From Balanoglossus misakiensis (taxonomy: Eukaryota; Animalia; Hemichordata), in contig CM082585.2 of NCBI GenBank assembly GCA_040954595.2, forward strand, positions 2,138,902 through 2,202,901: a stretch of DNA of 64,000 bases, given 5' to 3'. A model generated the notes under the pieces. It did no database searches and was not told the DNA's origin. It saw only the letters and a program-made list of their open reading frames with translations. Made by a program: the position numbers and the translations under genes. Positions 1 through 11,680 of this stretch are shown here, piece by piece. Position 1 is the first letter of the stretch; each line of letters opens with the position of its first letter.

Positions 1-2
1 AC

Positions 3-2591
3 TGTCGTGAAAAATTGTTGCTGTACATGCCATGGAGAAATGAAAGCTCTGACCTTCTAAACAGTTGTGCCACCTTTCAAGAATCTTATAATCATAACAA
101 ACACATTATTGCACAAACCATAGATAAGTATGAACATAATTCAGAGTTGATAGATCAAGCCACTACAGCTGCAGAGCAACTTGATAATGATGATTTAAAT
201 GCATTTGATCAGATTGCTCCAAATACGCAACATGCTGAGAGAGATGATCTAGAAGAAGGAACTACTACACCAAATGATCATTTCATATACTTTCAACCTG
301 ATGACCAACCAGAACATACCACTTATGATATAGGTGTTGACATTGGTATGAATACGACTGTCACCACTGATGACACCAGCAACGTCCCAGGACGTATCCC
401 TGATGAACAATATCACAAACTTGTGAGATCTCTCAATGTAAAACAAAGGGAAATATTTCATCATGTTTTGAAATCAGTCAAGACAAATCATGATCCAATG
501 CATATATTTATCACAGGGGGTGCTGGTACAGGAAAGTCAGTTGTAATCCGAGCAATATATCAGGCATTACATCGCTATCTGTGTTCAATTGCTGGTGAAT
601 CACCACTCGACTGTCGTTTATTGTTATGTGCGCCAACTGGTAAAGCAGCCTATCATATCAATGGTAGTACTATTCATGCAGCTTTCAAAGTACCTGCAAG
701 TCAAGGTTATAAATACAAACCACTGGATAGCGATAAACTTAATACTTTGCGAAGTAAATATCAACATTTATCAGTTGTAATCATTGATGAAATCAGCATG
801 GTAGGCCATGAGCTTTTAAATTTCATAAATCTCCGACTTCAACAAATAAAAGGTAACAATCAAGTATTTGGTGGTGTTTCAATGATAACTGTTGGTGATT
901 TATTTCAACTCAAACCAGTAATGGATGGCTGGATATTCAAAGACCTAACAAAAGAGTATGGCCCATTAGCAACTAATCTGTGGAAAGAACATTTCACCAT
1001 GCATGAACTAACACAGATCATGAGACAGAAAGATGATGAAGACTTTGCTCAACTATTGAATAGATTGAGAGAAGGGAGGCACACAGATGAAGATATTTCT
1101 GAATTGCAAAACTATGTAATATCTCATGATCAACCACTCAACGAGTCCATTCCTCATTTATACACCACCAATGCAATGGTAGAGTCACATAATGATAAAG
1201 TTTACCAAAATGCTACATCCCATAAACTTGTTGTACCAGCACTGGACACAGTTATTGGTGATGTCTCACAACAAGTGAAAGCACAGCTTTTGAAGACCAT
1301 TCCAAAAGATCCATCCAAAACATGCGGTTTATTATCACAAGCACCTATAGCTGTTGGACTGCGATATGATCTCACTGCCAATGTTGATGTTGAGGATGGT
1401 ATGACAAATGGTGCCAGTTGTGTAGTGCAACAAATAGACCACAGAATGACAGGAACATCAAACAACCGCCCCAGTATAATTTGGGTTCAATTTGATGATA
1501 AAAATGTTGGTCTATTAAGAAGACATAAATACAAACATTTGCATCAACCAGAAATTGGTAAACAATTGACTCCAATATTTGACATTAAACGCCAGTTTCC
1601 TACCAGTAAATATTACAAACATGTATCTGTCATGAGAATTCAATTTCCACTTAGACCGTCTGCTGCAAAAACTATTCACAAATCTCAGGGTGATACACTT
1701 GATAAGGTAATAATCCATATGGGTACAAGAAAAATTGACCATATACATTATGTCGCAATAAGTAGAGTGCGTACAATAAGTGGACTTCAGATACTGGAGT
1801 TGAATAAAAATAAAATCGCAATATCTGAAGCAGTTCACAATGAAATGAAAAGACTCCGTGATGACAGCCAACTTCAATTATGCTTCAAACCATTATATGC
1901 CCTCCCTCATGACCACTGCAAAGTAGTATATCAAAACGCTAGATCACTCCATAAACATTTTGCAGATTTATGCAGTGACCACAATATAATTGCTGCTGAT
2001 GTTATCGGAATTGCTGAATCCAGATTAACAACTAATGATACCAATGAAGCCTACAATCTCCCAAATTATCTACTATTCAGGAATGACCAAGATGTGCATA
2101 TTGACAACACTGCTGTAAATTTCACAAGACCCTATCATGGTCTTGTATTGTATGTCAAAGATTCATATCAAGTGATTCATATCAAGTGCCATTCAACAAA
2201 AGTGTTCGAATTTATAAAAGCCAACATCCTAATTCAAAATAAACTACTTCAAATCATTATGATCTATAAATCCCCTCAGTGCACAATCCACACATTCAAA
2301 CAACAATTTCAACAGTATCTCCTGCCACTACTAGATTTGACAAAACCAATATTAATAATGGGTGACTTTAATTTTGACATTCTACTACCTAATACCAGTA
2401 CTGCTTTCCTCCACTTTATGACATCAATTTGTAACTGTCGGCAACTAATAAAGGAAGAAACAACTGATCAGCATTCTGCTCTGGACTTAATTTTTCTTAA
2501 CTTCTTCACAACTACCTATGACACAATAGAAAACTCATGGTCTGATCACAAGGCCGTGTATGCAGCCATTCACCCCAGCCAATTCACTTGA
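3..2591 (+). CDS. Helentron RepHel C-terminal part: PIF1-family SF1B helicase fused to an AP (EEP-family) endonuclease
   Basis: Frame is open from position 3 (CREKLLLYMPWRNE). Helicase motifs: GGAGTGKS, CAPTGKAA, IIDEISMV, GDLFQLKPV, QIMRQ, QFPL, TIHKSQG, YVAISR. EEP motifs: YQNARSL, IAESRL, GDFN, LDLIF, SDH. The Rep (HUH) domain would lie upstream of the window. Confidence 0.93.
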   Translation, partial: CREKLLLYMPWRNESSDLLNSCATFQESYNHNKHIIAQTIDKYEHNSELIDQATTAAEQLDNDDLNAFDQIAPNTQHAERDDLEEGTTTPNDHFIYFQPDDQPEHTTYDIGVDIGMNTTVTTDDTSNVPGRIPDEQYHKLVRSLNVKQREIFHHVLKSVKTNHDPMHIFITGGAGTGKSVVIRAIYQALHRYLCSIAGESPLDCRLLLCAPTGKAAYHINGSTIHAAFKVPASQGYKYKPLDSDKLNTLRSKYQHLSVVIIDEISMVGHELLNFINLRLQQIKGNNQVFGGVSMITVGDLFQLKPVMDGWIFKDLTKEYGPLATNLWKEHFTMHELTQIMRQKDDEDFAQLLNRLREGRHTDEDISELQNYVISHDQPLNESIPHLYTTNAMVESHNDKVYQNATSHKLVVPALDTVIGDVSQQVKAQLLKTIPKDPSKTCGLLSQAPIAVGLRYDLTANVDVEDGMTNGASCVVQQIDHRMTGTSNNRPSIIWVQFDDKNVGLLRRHKYKHLHQPEIGKQLTPIFDIKRQFPTSKYYKHVSVMRIQFPLRPSAAKTIHKSQGDTLDKVIIHMGTRKIDHIHYVAISRVRTISGLQILELNKNKIAISEAVHNEMKRLRDDSQLQLCFKPLYALPHDHCKVVYQNARSLHKHFADLCSDHNIIAADVIGIAESRLTTNDTNEAYNLPNYLLFRNDQDVHIDNTAVNFTRPYHGLVLYVKDSYQVIHIKCHSTKVFEFIKANILIQNKLLQIIMIYKSPQCTIHTFKQQFQQYLLPLLDLTKPILIMGDFNFDILLPNTSTAFLHFMTSICNCRQLIKEETTDQHSALDLIFLNFFTTTYDTIENSWSDHKAVYAAIHPSQFT

Positions 2592-2739
2592 AATTAATCA
2601 GTGTTAGATTATAGACATAATCATAAAAGACAACACATAAGAATTAAATGACAACAGCAGATTTCAAATACACTTATTTCCCATATAACATACATGTATG
2701 AGTCAATATGTGCAATTATTGCTACACCACAAACCATTA

Positions 2740-3025
2740 TTACCAAGTGTCAGTACCAACATGCCAACGTACAACATTCACAAAGGACAGTACACCACTG
2801 CTAGATTTCATCTATGTCAATAAACCAGTGTTCATTATCGGGGACTTCAATGGTGACATATCTTTGCCCACCCACAGCAATGGGTACTTTGAAATGTCAA
2901 CAACTTAATGAAGAAACAACAGACTACCATTTTGCATTAGTTCTTATACTTGCCAATATACCACATATCAAAAGTGGCACCTTGAAAAACATTTGGTCAA
3001 AACTATACATGCTGCTGTCACACTT
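2740..3025 (+). pseudogene. Decayed duplicate of the endonuclease C-terminus
   Basis: PLLDFIYVNKPVFIIGDFNGDISLP parallels PLLDLTKPILIMGDFNFDILLP. In another frame CQQLNEETTDYHFALVLIL..KNIWS parallels CRQLIKEETTDQHSALDLIF..ENSWS. Frameshifted, and the SDH motif is lost. Confidence 0.8.
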
Positions 3026-4353
3026 AATGAAAACAACCTGACAACAACATTACTGTGTCCATCATTGCAATGACAACTGCCCTGTCACATTACCAGTTTA
3101 TTTACATAATCGGTATCTCCCCCTATACACCAAAACGGCACCATTTTATTGCTAACATGTGGTACACATCTCATCACATTGACAGATTACGAACAAACAT
3201 CCTGTCGGTCATGCACAAGCGGAAATGTTTTTCAGAACCCTGGAGCAATCGACTTCCTTGGCTTTGAACATGTAAACACGTTCTGTTTTCATCTGCACGC
3301 TGGCGGTTACGTCATATTTGTAAACAATACAACAATACCTTTGCGAAACTGTCTTTGTCGGCAATTTCTGTGTATTACTATTGGTGCAAATCCATTGTGT
3401 CCGTCAATTATTAAATTTTTCACGCGTCGTCTTCGGAAAGTCCACTCATACACTTCTGCGAGCTCACCGCATTCGCTCCCTGACTCCTGAAACTACAACA
3501 TCGCGTCGCTTTCAACTTTCCAGCGCACATCGGTCATCGTACCACACTTTCCCACCTTTTTCATCCAGAACAACAAGCCGCACAGACTATATCCACACAG
3601 TCTAGTTCACCGCAAGTACCACACTCACACAGTAAGTTATACTTTATTTTTTATTTCCTTGCTTTGGTTCATTATGCCACACTGTGTACGAAAAATTCAC
3701 GGGTGCTTAATCTACAGTGAAAGCCAACTCCATTGGTCAAATACCGCGGGACATTTCAAAGCCCCACCATTTGACCTACCACCCCACTGTCGTTTCGTTC
3801 AACGTCAACAAAATATCGGTACGCCAATTGGCTCTCTTTGGAATATTCATAACCAGACAATTACGTCTGCAAAGCTCGGCCCATGCACTGCTCTCCGTAC
3901 ATTACAAAATCTGTCGTTCAGTTTTCCCCCCAAAAAGCTGTACACACATTCGCAACTGTTAACTGACGCAACACACGAACAAGTTTTGCCAATTGGCGCA
4001 AACATCCGCCGTGTCTCATTTTCAACAATACGCTTGTACTACTGTTCTCCAGTTAACAGCACTCATTGCGCCCATTTCAAAGTTTTTGGTGACCCGTGTG
4101 AATTCTTCGATACATTACAATTGGTAATTTCATTTGAACATCAACTACCAGAGACTCTTCATTCTGAAACTTTCAATGCAAACCTGATCGCTGATGAGAC
4201 CCTCACGTCTGATTTGTGGCAACTACATGCCAATCTATTAATCCTTTCGTTTGGCGTTTTCCCCTTGATGATATAGTTTCCACCATCATGTACATTCAAC
4301 CACTGATCGTGAAACCACAGTCTTATAATTTCACCTTTGTTTCTTCCGTACAG

Positions 4354-6807
4354 ATGCCAAAATCAACACTAAAAGAATTAAGCCAGAAAGAGACCAACGC
4401 CTACCACGATGTTACCACTCAAGTTAAACTAATCTACTATGAAAATACCTCGACCAACGAAAAATTTAAACGGGCTGTGGTGGCAGACCACACCGCTGCC
4501 ACCACTCTGTATATCTGGTCAACCAGAGAAGACACGTTGTCTTTATTGAGAGCAAATGAAGGAAGTACACTATTTCTTGGTCCGAAAATTTACGTGCGTT
4601 CCAACGGGATTTCCATCAACCAAGGCTCCACCTTGGCTGTTAATAGGGTGGACCTCAACATTCCTGAAAGTGTCGCAACCGAGGCTCACGGACTTCGCTG
4701 TCGCATGACAGAGCAAGCACCCACTGCTGCTGTTGTCACTATGGCCGCAGCAATTGCCGACAACACCAATTATCACAACATATCAGGAACTGTAGTAAGG
4801 GTAAGTTTACACTTAAAATGCTCACTCATTTCACAATTCACCCATTTTCGCCCTAGATATTTCGCGGCCAACAACAATCTCACGTAATCGGATTAACCGC
4901 CCACTTCCATTGTCACGAATAAACTCTGCCACAAATCAACACCAACACGTTACTTTAATTGACGTAGTCGTGTTTTCCACAAGATCACGAACATTTCGCT
5001 TACGTTTTATTGACTTCATTCACTCCTCTGTTACCCATATATACAATGACCGTCTTCGTTTTCCCGACGTTACACGACCTTCACCACAGCTGGTCACGTA
5101 CCGTACACCGAACAACCGCGTATGCAATGCTATTCCACGTCGTGAAGATCCCTCGATGGACAGGAGAGGGGTCCGTTCCCAATCGACCTCGAAGGGTAGA
5201 AAGGTCCGTTTCCTATTGACTTCTACCCCCACCTCACCTTTTCCCGACCGTTCATCTCACAAACCTCATGGTACACTCTTTACCGTTTTCCATTTGTTTA
5301 TTACTTCTTCTGTCTTTTAGGTTCAAAACACCAAAGCCACCCACACCCGGTACGGCAAATTACCACGCAGAACTATTGGACTTGGAGACAGCTCAGGGGT
5401 GTACAAACTAACCGTATGGGGAGATCTTACGAAGTGTGAGCTCACCACTGGTGATGTTATAACTATTACCAATGTGAAGAAAGCTGCCTCGTTCAACAAC
5501 CGCCTCACATCCAGGCAATCCACCACAATATCAGTATCGGTAAGTACTTCACTGATCAGTCAATACAATACACTATACAGTGTATACCAACAGGAAATTG
5601 TCCTGGTACCACCCCTTTCGTTTTCAGGTATTATGTTCACTACAAACAACTTGACTATACTGAAACTGTCCACTGTTTTTCCTGTATTCCCTGCTCAAAC
5701 AATTCATTACAATATTCACATTTCTTTTTCTTTGCCCATGACAACATATAGTGAATCCACAAGTAACATTTCAATACTATTCCAAACTTTCGTTTCCACT
5801 TTTCCAAATGCGTTCAGTACTTTGTTTTGCAATCAAAGCTTCTTCCTCAGAGCTACATTATTCAACATAATAGTAGACAACATATATTATCCGCTGTTGT
5901 CATTATTCAGTTCTTCAAACATCCAATTCAGCATATACATTTCCAGACACACGAACCACAGCTTCATTTATCAAAAACACACGCAGGTAATCTAATCTTT
6001 CCCTAATTCTATTTCAGGCTCATGAAACCCTATCACACCAAAACACTACAGACACCTTATCGGCGGATTCCGATGACAGCTCAAACTGGACAACCGGGAC
6101 ATTACAAGGGCTCTCCAATCTACAGAGAGTTCTCTTATGTGCAGATGCGCCTCGGTGCAATGGATTTCTCAATGACAGCAACAGGTAATCCAAAATTCCT
6201 CTTCATCCGCACTTACCACCAGCCCCTCAATACCTTGTGTGCAGACACCAGCTGAGCTATACATAGCAGTTTTTTCATGCAATGTCCCATTTTCAGACAT
6301 AAGCCATTCCGCTGGAAAAATTTACCAGTGCACAGCCACTCAATAACATCTCTTCCTTATATCCCAACAATCCAATTGGCTTCCTTACAACTAAATATTC
6401 ACATGACATCCGTAACATCCCTTATTCAACTTTACTTCAATACTTATATTCTTCCACATTACTGCATGTTACACCCTTTCCACATCAGCCAGCAATCAAC
6501 ATATTTATTCCACCAACTTCAACATTGCCTATTTCTCATTTCTTTCAGATGTCGTTTCTGCAGAAAGAATAAAAGCCCATCCTGCAGACCAGGCACAATA
6601 CTTTCCCTCTTAATACAAACCGGTGATGACCTTGACACATACAAGATCTACCCAAAGGAGACCAAGTATTTACTCAGAAAATTCTCCATTAACCCCGTCA
6701 ACACCACCCAGAAACAACTGCAGGACGCCGTCACCGACATCTGCGATGGACGCGAGCTCCAATTTAAGGCCAACTCTGCCAACACCATCACCACTTTCAA
6801 AAACTAG
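4354..6807 (+). CDS. Spliced RPA70-like ssDNA-binding protein (tandem OB folds + C4 zinc ribbon), about 363 aa; exons 4354-4800, 5321-5539, 6018-6184, 6549-6807
   Basis: Donors are GTAAGT (4801, 5540) and GTAATC (6185). Pyrimidine-rich acceptors end at 5320, 6017 and 6548. Phases 0,0,2 join into 1092 nt with no internal stop. OB-like strands: NISGTVVRV..RRTIGLGDSSGVYKLTVWGD..GDVITITNV. The motif LCADAPRCNGFLNDSNRCRFC is assembled across intron 3. Confidence 0.8.
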
Positions 6808-7513
6808 TGTTTTTCAACGTACTGCCTTCATTTGCTCTCCATTCCACAACCCTTTCCCGATTACACACTTTACCAGCGCTCCCTCCATTCATTCATTATA
6901 ACATTTCCTTCCCTGCTTTTTTTATTACACTTGAAGACATTTTTTAGTGACACATTCTTTTTATTTCACATGCTTTTAGTTATTTGTTCAGTTTGTCATT
7001 TTCTTTCTTGCCTTTTTTTTATGTGACATTCACATTTCTCTACTTGATTTGACATTTTTCACTGTTTTTTTCCCCTAGGTTAGACAATTTTTGACTGCTT
7101 CATTTAATTAGACATTTTTTCCAATGATTTTTTTATTTCAGTTTACACGTTCTTCAGTGATACATTTTATATTTAACATTTCTTTAGTATTTTGTACCAT
7201 TCAACATAATTTATACTTGTTACTGTTCTCTTTATTTACTTTGACATTTTTTACTGCTTCCATTACATTTTTTATTGCGTCATTCAATTTCATTTCTTTA
7301 AAACAATTTATATGCAACACAACTCATTCCCATTGTTATATTTATTACTTTACATGATTTATAATTAAACTACAGAAAACGTACACTGCCTGCTCCCTTC
7401 TTTCGTGCTTAAACATTGAATTTCAGTATGCTGCCCAATTCAGCAAAATAGACACTGGATGCCTTACCTACCTCTGCTACTGTGGCACCCCTCATCTCCG
7501 TACTCCACTGTTT

Positions 7514-7541
7514 AAATGGGACCACAGTGTCCTTGACGCTA
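7514..7541 (+). other. Helentron 3' terminus: subTIR + short palindrome
   Basis: AAATGGGACCACAGTGTCCTTGACGCTA is identical to 30745-30772. AATGGGACC is the reverse complement of the HINE 5' GGTCCCATT. Confidence 0.85.
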
Positions 7542-10086
7542 TTTTTGATGATTTTCACCCATATTATTTTTCAAAAACCGACGAAATTTTGAAATTTTGC
7601 AGTCGAAAATTTGTCATTTTTTGATGATTTTCACCCATGTTTTTTTTTTAAAATGGACGAAATTTTGAGATTTTGCAAAGACGAAAATTTGTCATTTTTT
7701 GATGATTTTAACCCATGATTTTTTTTCAAAAATGGACGAAATTTTGAGATTTTGCAAAGTCGAAAATTTGTCATTTTTTGATGATTTTCACCCATGATTT
7801 TTTTCAAAAATCGACGAAATGTTGAGATTTTGCAAAGTCGAAAATTTGTCATTTTTTGATGATTTTCACCCATGATTTTTTTCAAAAATCGACGAAATTG
7901 TGAGATTTTGCAAAGTCGATAATTTGTCATTTTTTGTTGATTTTCCCCCAATGGTTTTTTTCAAAATCGACGAAATTTTGAGAATTTGCAAAGTCGAAAA
8001 TTTGTCATTTTTTGATGATTTTCCCCAATGTTTTTTTTTTAAAATGGACGAAATTTTGAGATTTTGCAAAGTCGAAAATTTGTCATTTTTTGATTATTTT
8101 CACCCATGATTTTTTTCAAAAATCGACGAAATGTTGAGATTTTGCAAAGTCGAAAATTTGTAATTTTTTGATGATTTTCACCCATGATTTTTTTCAAAAA
8201 TCGACGAAATTGTGAGATTTTGCAAAGTCGATAATTTGTCATTATTTGATTATTTTCACCCATGATTTTTTTAAAAAATCGACGAAATTGTGAGATTTTG
8301 CAAAGTCAAAAATTTGTCATTTTTTGATGATTTTCACCCATGTTTTTTTTTTAAAAAAACGACGAACCTATGATTTTTTTCAAAATCGACGAAATTTTGA
8401 GATTTTGCAAAGTCGAAAATTTGTCATTTTTTGATGATTTTCCCCAATGATTTTTTTCAAAAATCGACGAAATGTTGAGATTTTGCAAAGTCGAAAATTT
8501 GTCATTTTTTGATGATTTTCTCCCATGATTTTTTTCAAAAATCGACGAAATTGTGAGATTTTGCAAAGTCGAAAATTTGTCATTTTTTGATGATTTTCAC
8601 CCATGTTTTTTTTTAAATCGACGAACCTATGATTTTTTTTTAAATCGACGAAATTTTGAGATTTTGCAAAGTCGAAAATTTGTCATTTTTTGATGATTTT
8701 CACCCATGATTTTTTTCAAAAATCGACGAAATTGTGAGATTTTGCAAAGTCGATAATTTTGTCATTTTTTGATGATTTTCAACCATATTATTTTTCAAAA
8801 ACCGACGAAATTTTGAGATTTTGCATAGACGAAAATTTGTCATTTTTTGATGATTTTTACCCATGATTTTTTTTCAAAAATGGACGAAATTTTGAGATTT
8901 TGCAAAGTCGAAAATTTGTCATTTTTTGATGATTTTCACCCATGATTTTTTTCAAAAATCGACGAAATGTTGAGATTTTGCAAAGTCGAAAATTTGTCAT
9001 TTTTTGATGATTTTCACCCATGATTTTTTTCAAAAATCGACGAAATTGTGAGATTTTGCAAAGTCGATAATTTGTCATTTTTTGATGATTTTCCCCCATG
9101 TTTTTTTTTAAAATCGACGAAATTTTGAGAATTTGCAAAGTCGAAAATTTGTCATTTTTTGATGATTTTCACCCATGATTTTTTTCAAAAATCGACGAAA
9201 TTTTGAGATTTTGCAAAGTCAAAAATTTGTCATTTTTTGATGATTTTCATCCATGTTTTTTTTTTAAAAAAAAGACGAACCTATGATTTTTTTCAAAATC
9301 GACGAAATTTTGAGATTTTGCAAAGTCGAAAATTTTGTCATTTTTTGATGATTTTCACCCATGATTTTTTCAAAAATTGACGAAATTTTGAGATTTTGCA
9401 AAGTCGAAAATTTGTCATTTTTTGATGATTTTCACCCATGATTTTTTTCAAAAATCGACGAAATGTTGAGATTTTGCAAAGTCGAAAATTTGTCATTTTT
9501 TGATGATTTTCACCCAAGATTTTTTTCAAAAATCGACGAAATGTTGAGATTTTGCAAAGTCGAAAATTTGTCATTTTTTGATGATTTTCATCCATGATTT
9601 TTTTCAAAAATCGACGAAATGTTGAGATTTTGCAGTCAAAAATTTGTCATTTTTTGATGATTTTCACCTATGATTTTTTTCAAAAATCGACGAAATGTTG
9701 AGATTTTGCAAAGTCGAAAATTTGTCATTTTTTGATGATTTTCTCCCATGATTTTTTTCAAAAATCGACGAAATTGTGAGATTTTGCAAAGTCGAAAATT
9801 TGTCATTTTTTGATGATTTTCACCCATGTTTTTTTTTTTAAATCGACGAACCTATGATTTTTTTCAAAATCGACGAAATTTTGAGATTTTGCAAAGTCGA
9901 AAATTTGTCATTTTTTGATGATTTTCACCCATGATTTTTTTCAAAAATCGACGAAATGTTGAGATTTTGCAAAGTCGATAATTTGTCATTTTTTGATGAT
10001 TTTCCCCCAATGGTTTTTTTCAAAAATCGACGAAATTGTGAGATTTTGCAAAGTCGATAATTTGTCATTTTTTAATGATTTTCCCC
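7542..10086 (+). repeat. 78-bp tandem satellite, block 1
   Basis: Consensus CATGATTTTTTTCAAAAATCGACGAAATTTTGAGATTTTGCAAAGTCGAAAATTTGTCATTTTTTGATGATTTTCACC. The 26-aa periodicity of the spurious ORFs confirms the 78-bp unit. Some ~104-bp variants carry an extra ~26-bp subunit. Confidence 0.97.
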
Positions 10087-10192
10087 AATTATTTGAGATC
10101 TCTCTAACACACAAAACAAGGACACAGGTTTGGCAGCTGAAGGCAAGAGCCATTATTTATTTACGTGAACTGGGTGCTCTTGCAGGCCCAAC
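10087..10192 (-). repeat. Split direct repeat B (106 bp), terminal copy B2; other copies at 10505-10610, 16161-16266, 21084-21189
   Basis: AATTA(T/C)TTGAGATCTCTCTAACAC...GCAGGCCCAAC occurs four times. It contains AATAAA on the minus strand, a candidate polyA signal. Confidence 0.92.
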
Positions 10193-10340
10193 ACAACTGG
10201 GAATAACAACTCGCAATGATGAAAGGACCATTGCAAAATACATGGATGAAAAAGGTTACAATCGTGAAGTACAGTATTGACCAGAGAACCACTGTAAATC
10301 TGCAAATACACATCTTATTTGTTGAGGGCGGGCGGGTGGG

Positions 10341-10504
10341 GAAATTGGGGCAGAGAGAGCGAGCATTGCAGGACACGCTCAGAACCCTTGAAGTGGTCGT
10401 GAGTGATGGATTATGGGATTTTTGAGGCTCGTTTGAGGTTGAGGGCGCCCCTTTTCGAGTTGCTTAATTGGGTAACATTATGCCGTTGATCGCAATGTTA
10501 CCTA
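10341..10504 (-). repeat. Split direct repeat A (164 bp), copy A2; other copies at 15997-16160, 20920-21083, 25836-25999
   Basis: GAAATTG(G/A)GGCAGAGAGAGC...AATGTTACCTA occurs four times. It abuts B at 10504/10505, 16160/16161 and 21083/21084. Confidence 0.92.
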
Positions 10505-10654
10505 AATTACTTGAGATCTCTCTAACACACAAACCAAGGACACAGGTTTGGCAGCTGAAGGCAAGAGCCATTATTTATTTACGTGAACTGGGGGCTCTTG
10601 CAGGCCCAACCACTGCCAAACCCGGTCCGCCTCTCTGCTAGTGCCACAGTAAAA

Positions 10655-11680
10655 TCAGTGTGACGCGGAGATGTCTTTAAGATGCTGACCCATTTGAAAG
10701 GACACCAGATAACGAGTCTGAAATGGAATGTTAAGATAACGGAGATACGCGCTGGATTGCCAATCCCCTTGGAGTTTGATAAGCTCCCCAGGGACCCCAC
10801 TTTCGAATGCAAAGGTTGCACCCCCACGACGGAGGCTGTGACCTGAGTACATGTCAGCAGGAAAGCCTGCCCTCTGAACTAAACATTTGATACTTTTCAC
10901 CAGCCCTGAATGGGTCAAGGGGACCAATTTGCCACATTTGGGAAAAACAAATGCTGGGCTAGAGGGTGGGGCTGGGATGATCTCACACATGTGATTGTAT
11001 GCCTGTAAAGGGCACAACACCGAACCTGGAATGTGGGCAAGTGGAATAGTCAAACAGCGTTCGCGAAACTGAATGGTTTTTGACCAAGTCACGCCGATTA
11101 TAAGGCCAGAATCTGAGGAAATGACTTTACCCCTACAGAGGTGTTTAGCCGGATCAAAGTCGGTTGCAGACTTCGGAACAAGATTTGACTTGCGAAAAAA
11201 GGAGAAAAACCCTATCAAAAGGCATGCCCACAAAGTAACATCGAATGGAACAGCCACATCTAGAAGCCCGAAAAACTGTAGCAACAACTGGGGGGTGATG
11301 GGTAATTTCTGCCTCACTGGCTGGAAAGTGCTACGGGAAAGACATTTCAAAAGTAATTTGACAACATACTGATCAGCGGCCAATGGCGTGAAGCCATGGA
11401 TTCTATGCAAGGTACGAATTGCGTACAAATAATTCTGAATGGTGCCAGTAGCAGTTACTGATCTTGCAAGAAACTGGATAAATCTACACACTGTAAGAAC
11501 AGATGCTGGAACAGGAGTAAAATTGAAAAACTGACAAAACAGGAAGTAACTCTTCAACTGTGACGACAAATTCCGACGAGTTCCTTCCGCTAATGCTGAC
11601 CTCATTGAGATAGCGATTTGAGCGTCTAAGGCTTGGATAGTTTGGCAGTGATCTGAAATAAAAATAAAATCAGTCACCAC
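10655..11680 (-). CDS. Tyrosine recombinase, copy 1 (intact frame)
   Basis: FFRKSNL, WSKT, GHSLRRGGA and GDWQSSAYLRY supply the R-K-H-R-W-Y catalytic set. Confidence 0.93.
   Translation of the reverse strand: MVTDFIFISDHCQTIQALDAQIAISMRSALAEGTRRNLSSQLKSYFLFCQFFNFTPVPASVLTVCRFIQFLARSVTATGTIQNYLYAIRTLHRIHGFTPLAADQYVVKLLLKCLSRSTFQPVRQKLPITPQLLLQFFGLLDVAVPFDVTLWACLLIGFFSFFRKSNLVPKSATDFDPAKHLCRGKVISSDSGLIIGVTWSKTIQFRERCLTIPLAHIPGSVLCPLQAYNHMCEIIPAPPSSPAFVFPKCGKLVPLTHSGLVKSIKCLVQRAGFPADMYSGHSLRRGGATFAFESGVPGELIKLQGDWQSSAYLRYLNIPFQTRYLVSFQMGQHLKDISASH

Larger units (their letters stand above)
1..7541 (+). mobile_element. Helentron (endonuclease-encoding Helitron), 5'-truncated by the window edge
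   Basis: Contains a PIF1 helicase + AP-endonuclease ORF and an RPA-like gene. It ends in AAATGGGACC (subTIR), a short hairpin AGTGTC-CTT-GACGCT, then A and a T-run that joins the satellite. The same terminus recurs at 30745-30772. Confidence 0.88.

Noticed and set aside
3-2591. Host PIF1 gene or LINE endonuclease
   Set aside because: An intronless helicase fused to a C-terminal AP endonuclease, followed by a Helentron terminus, indicates a transposon.
3659-4276. 205-aa ORF and neighbouring short ORFs (3055-3605, 4910-5320)
   Set aside because: No recognisable motifs and mostly non-ATG starts. They lie in the probable promoter, UTR or introns of the RPA-like gene.
6900-7370. T-rich stretch with recurring TGACATTTTT-like words
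   Set aside because: No stable period. It most simply is the low-complexity 3' UTR of the RPA-like gene (ATTAAA at 7364).
7542-10086. 78-bp satellite as part of the Helentron or derived from it
   Set aside because: It begins after the element's 3' terminus, empty target monomers exist elsewhere, and I see no similarity to the element's interior within this window.
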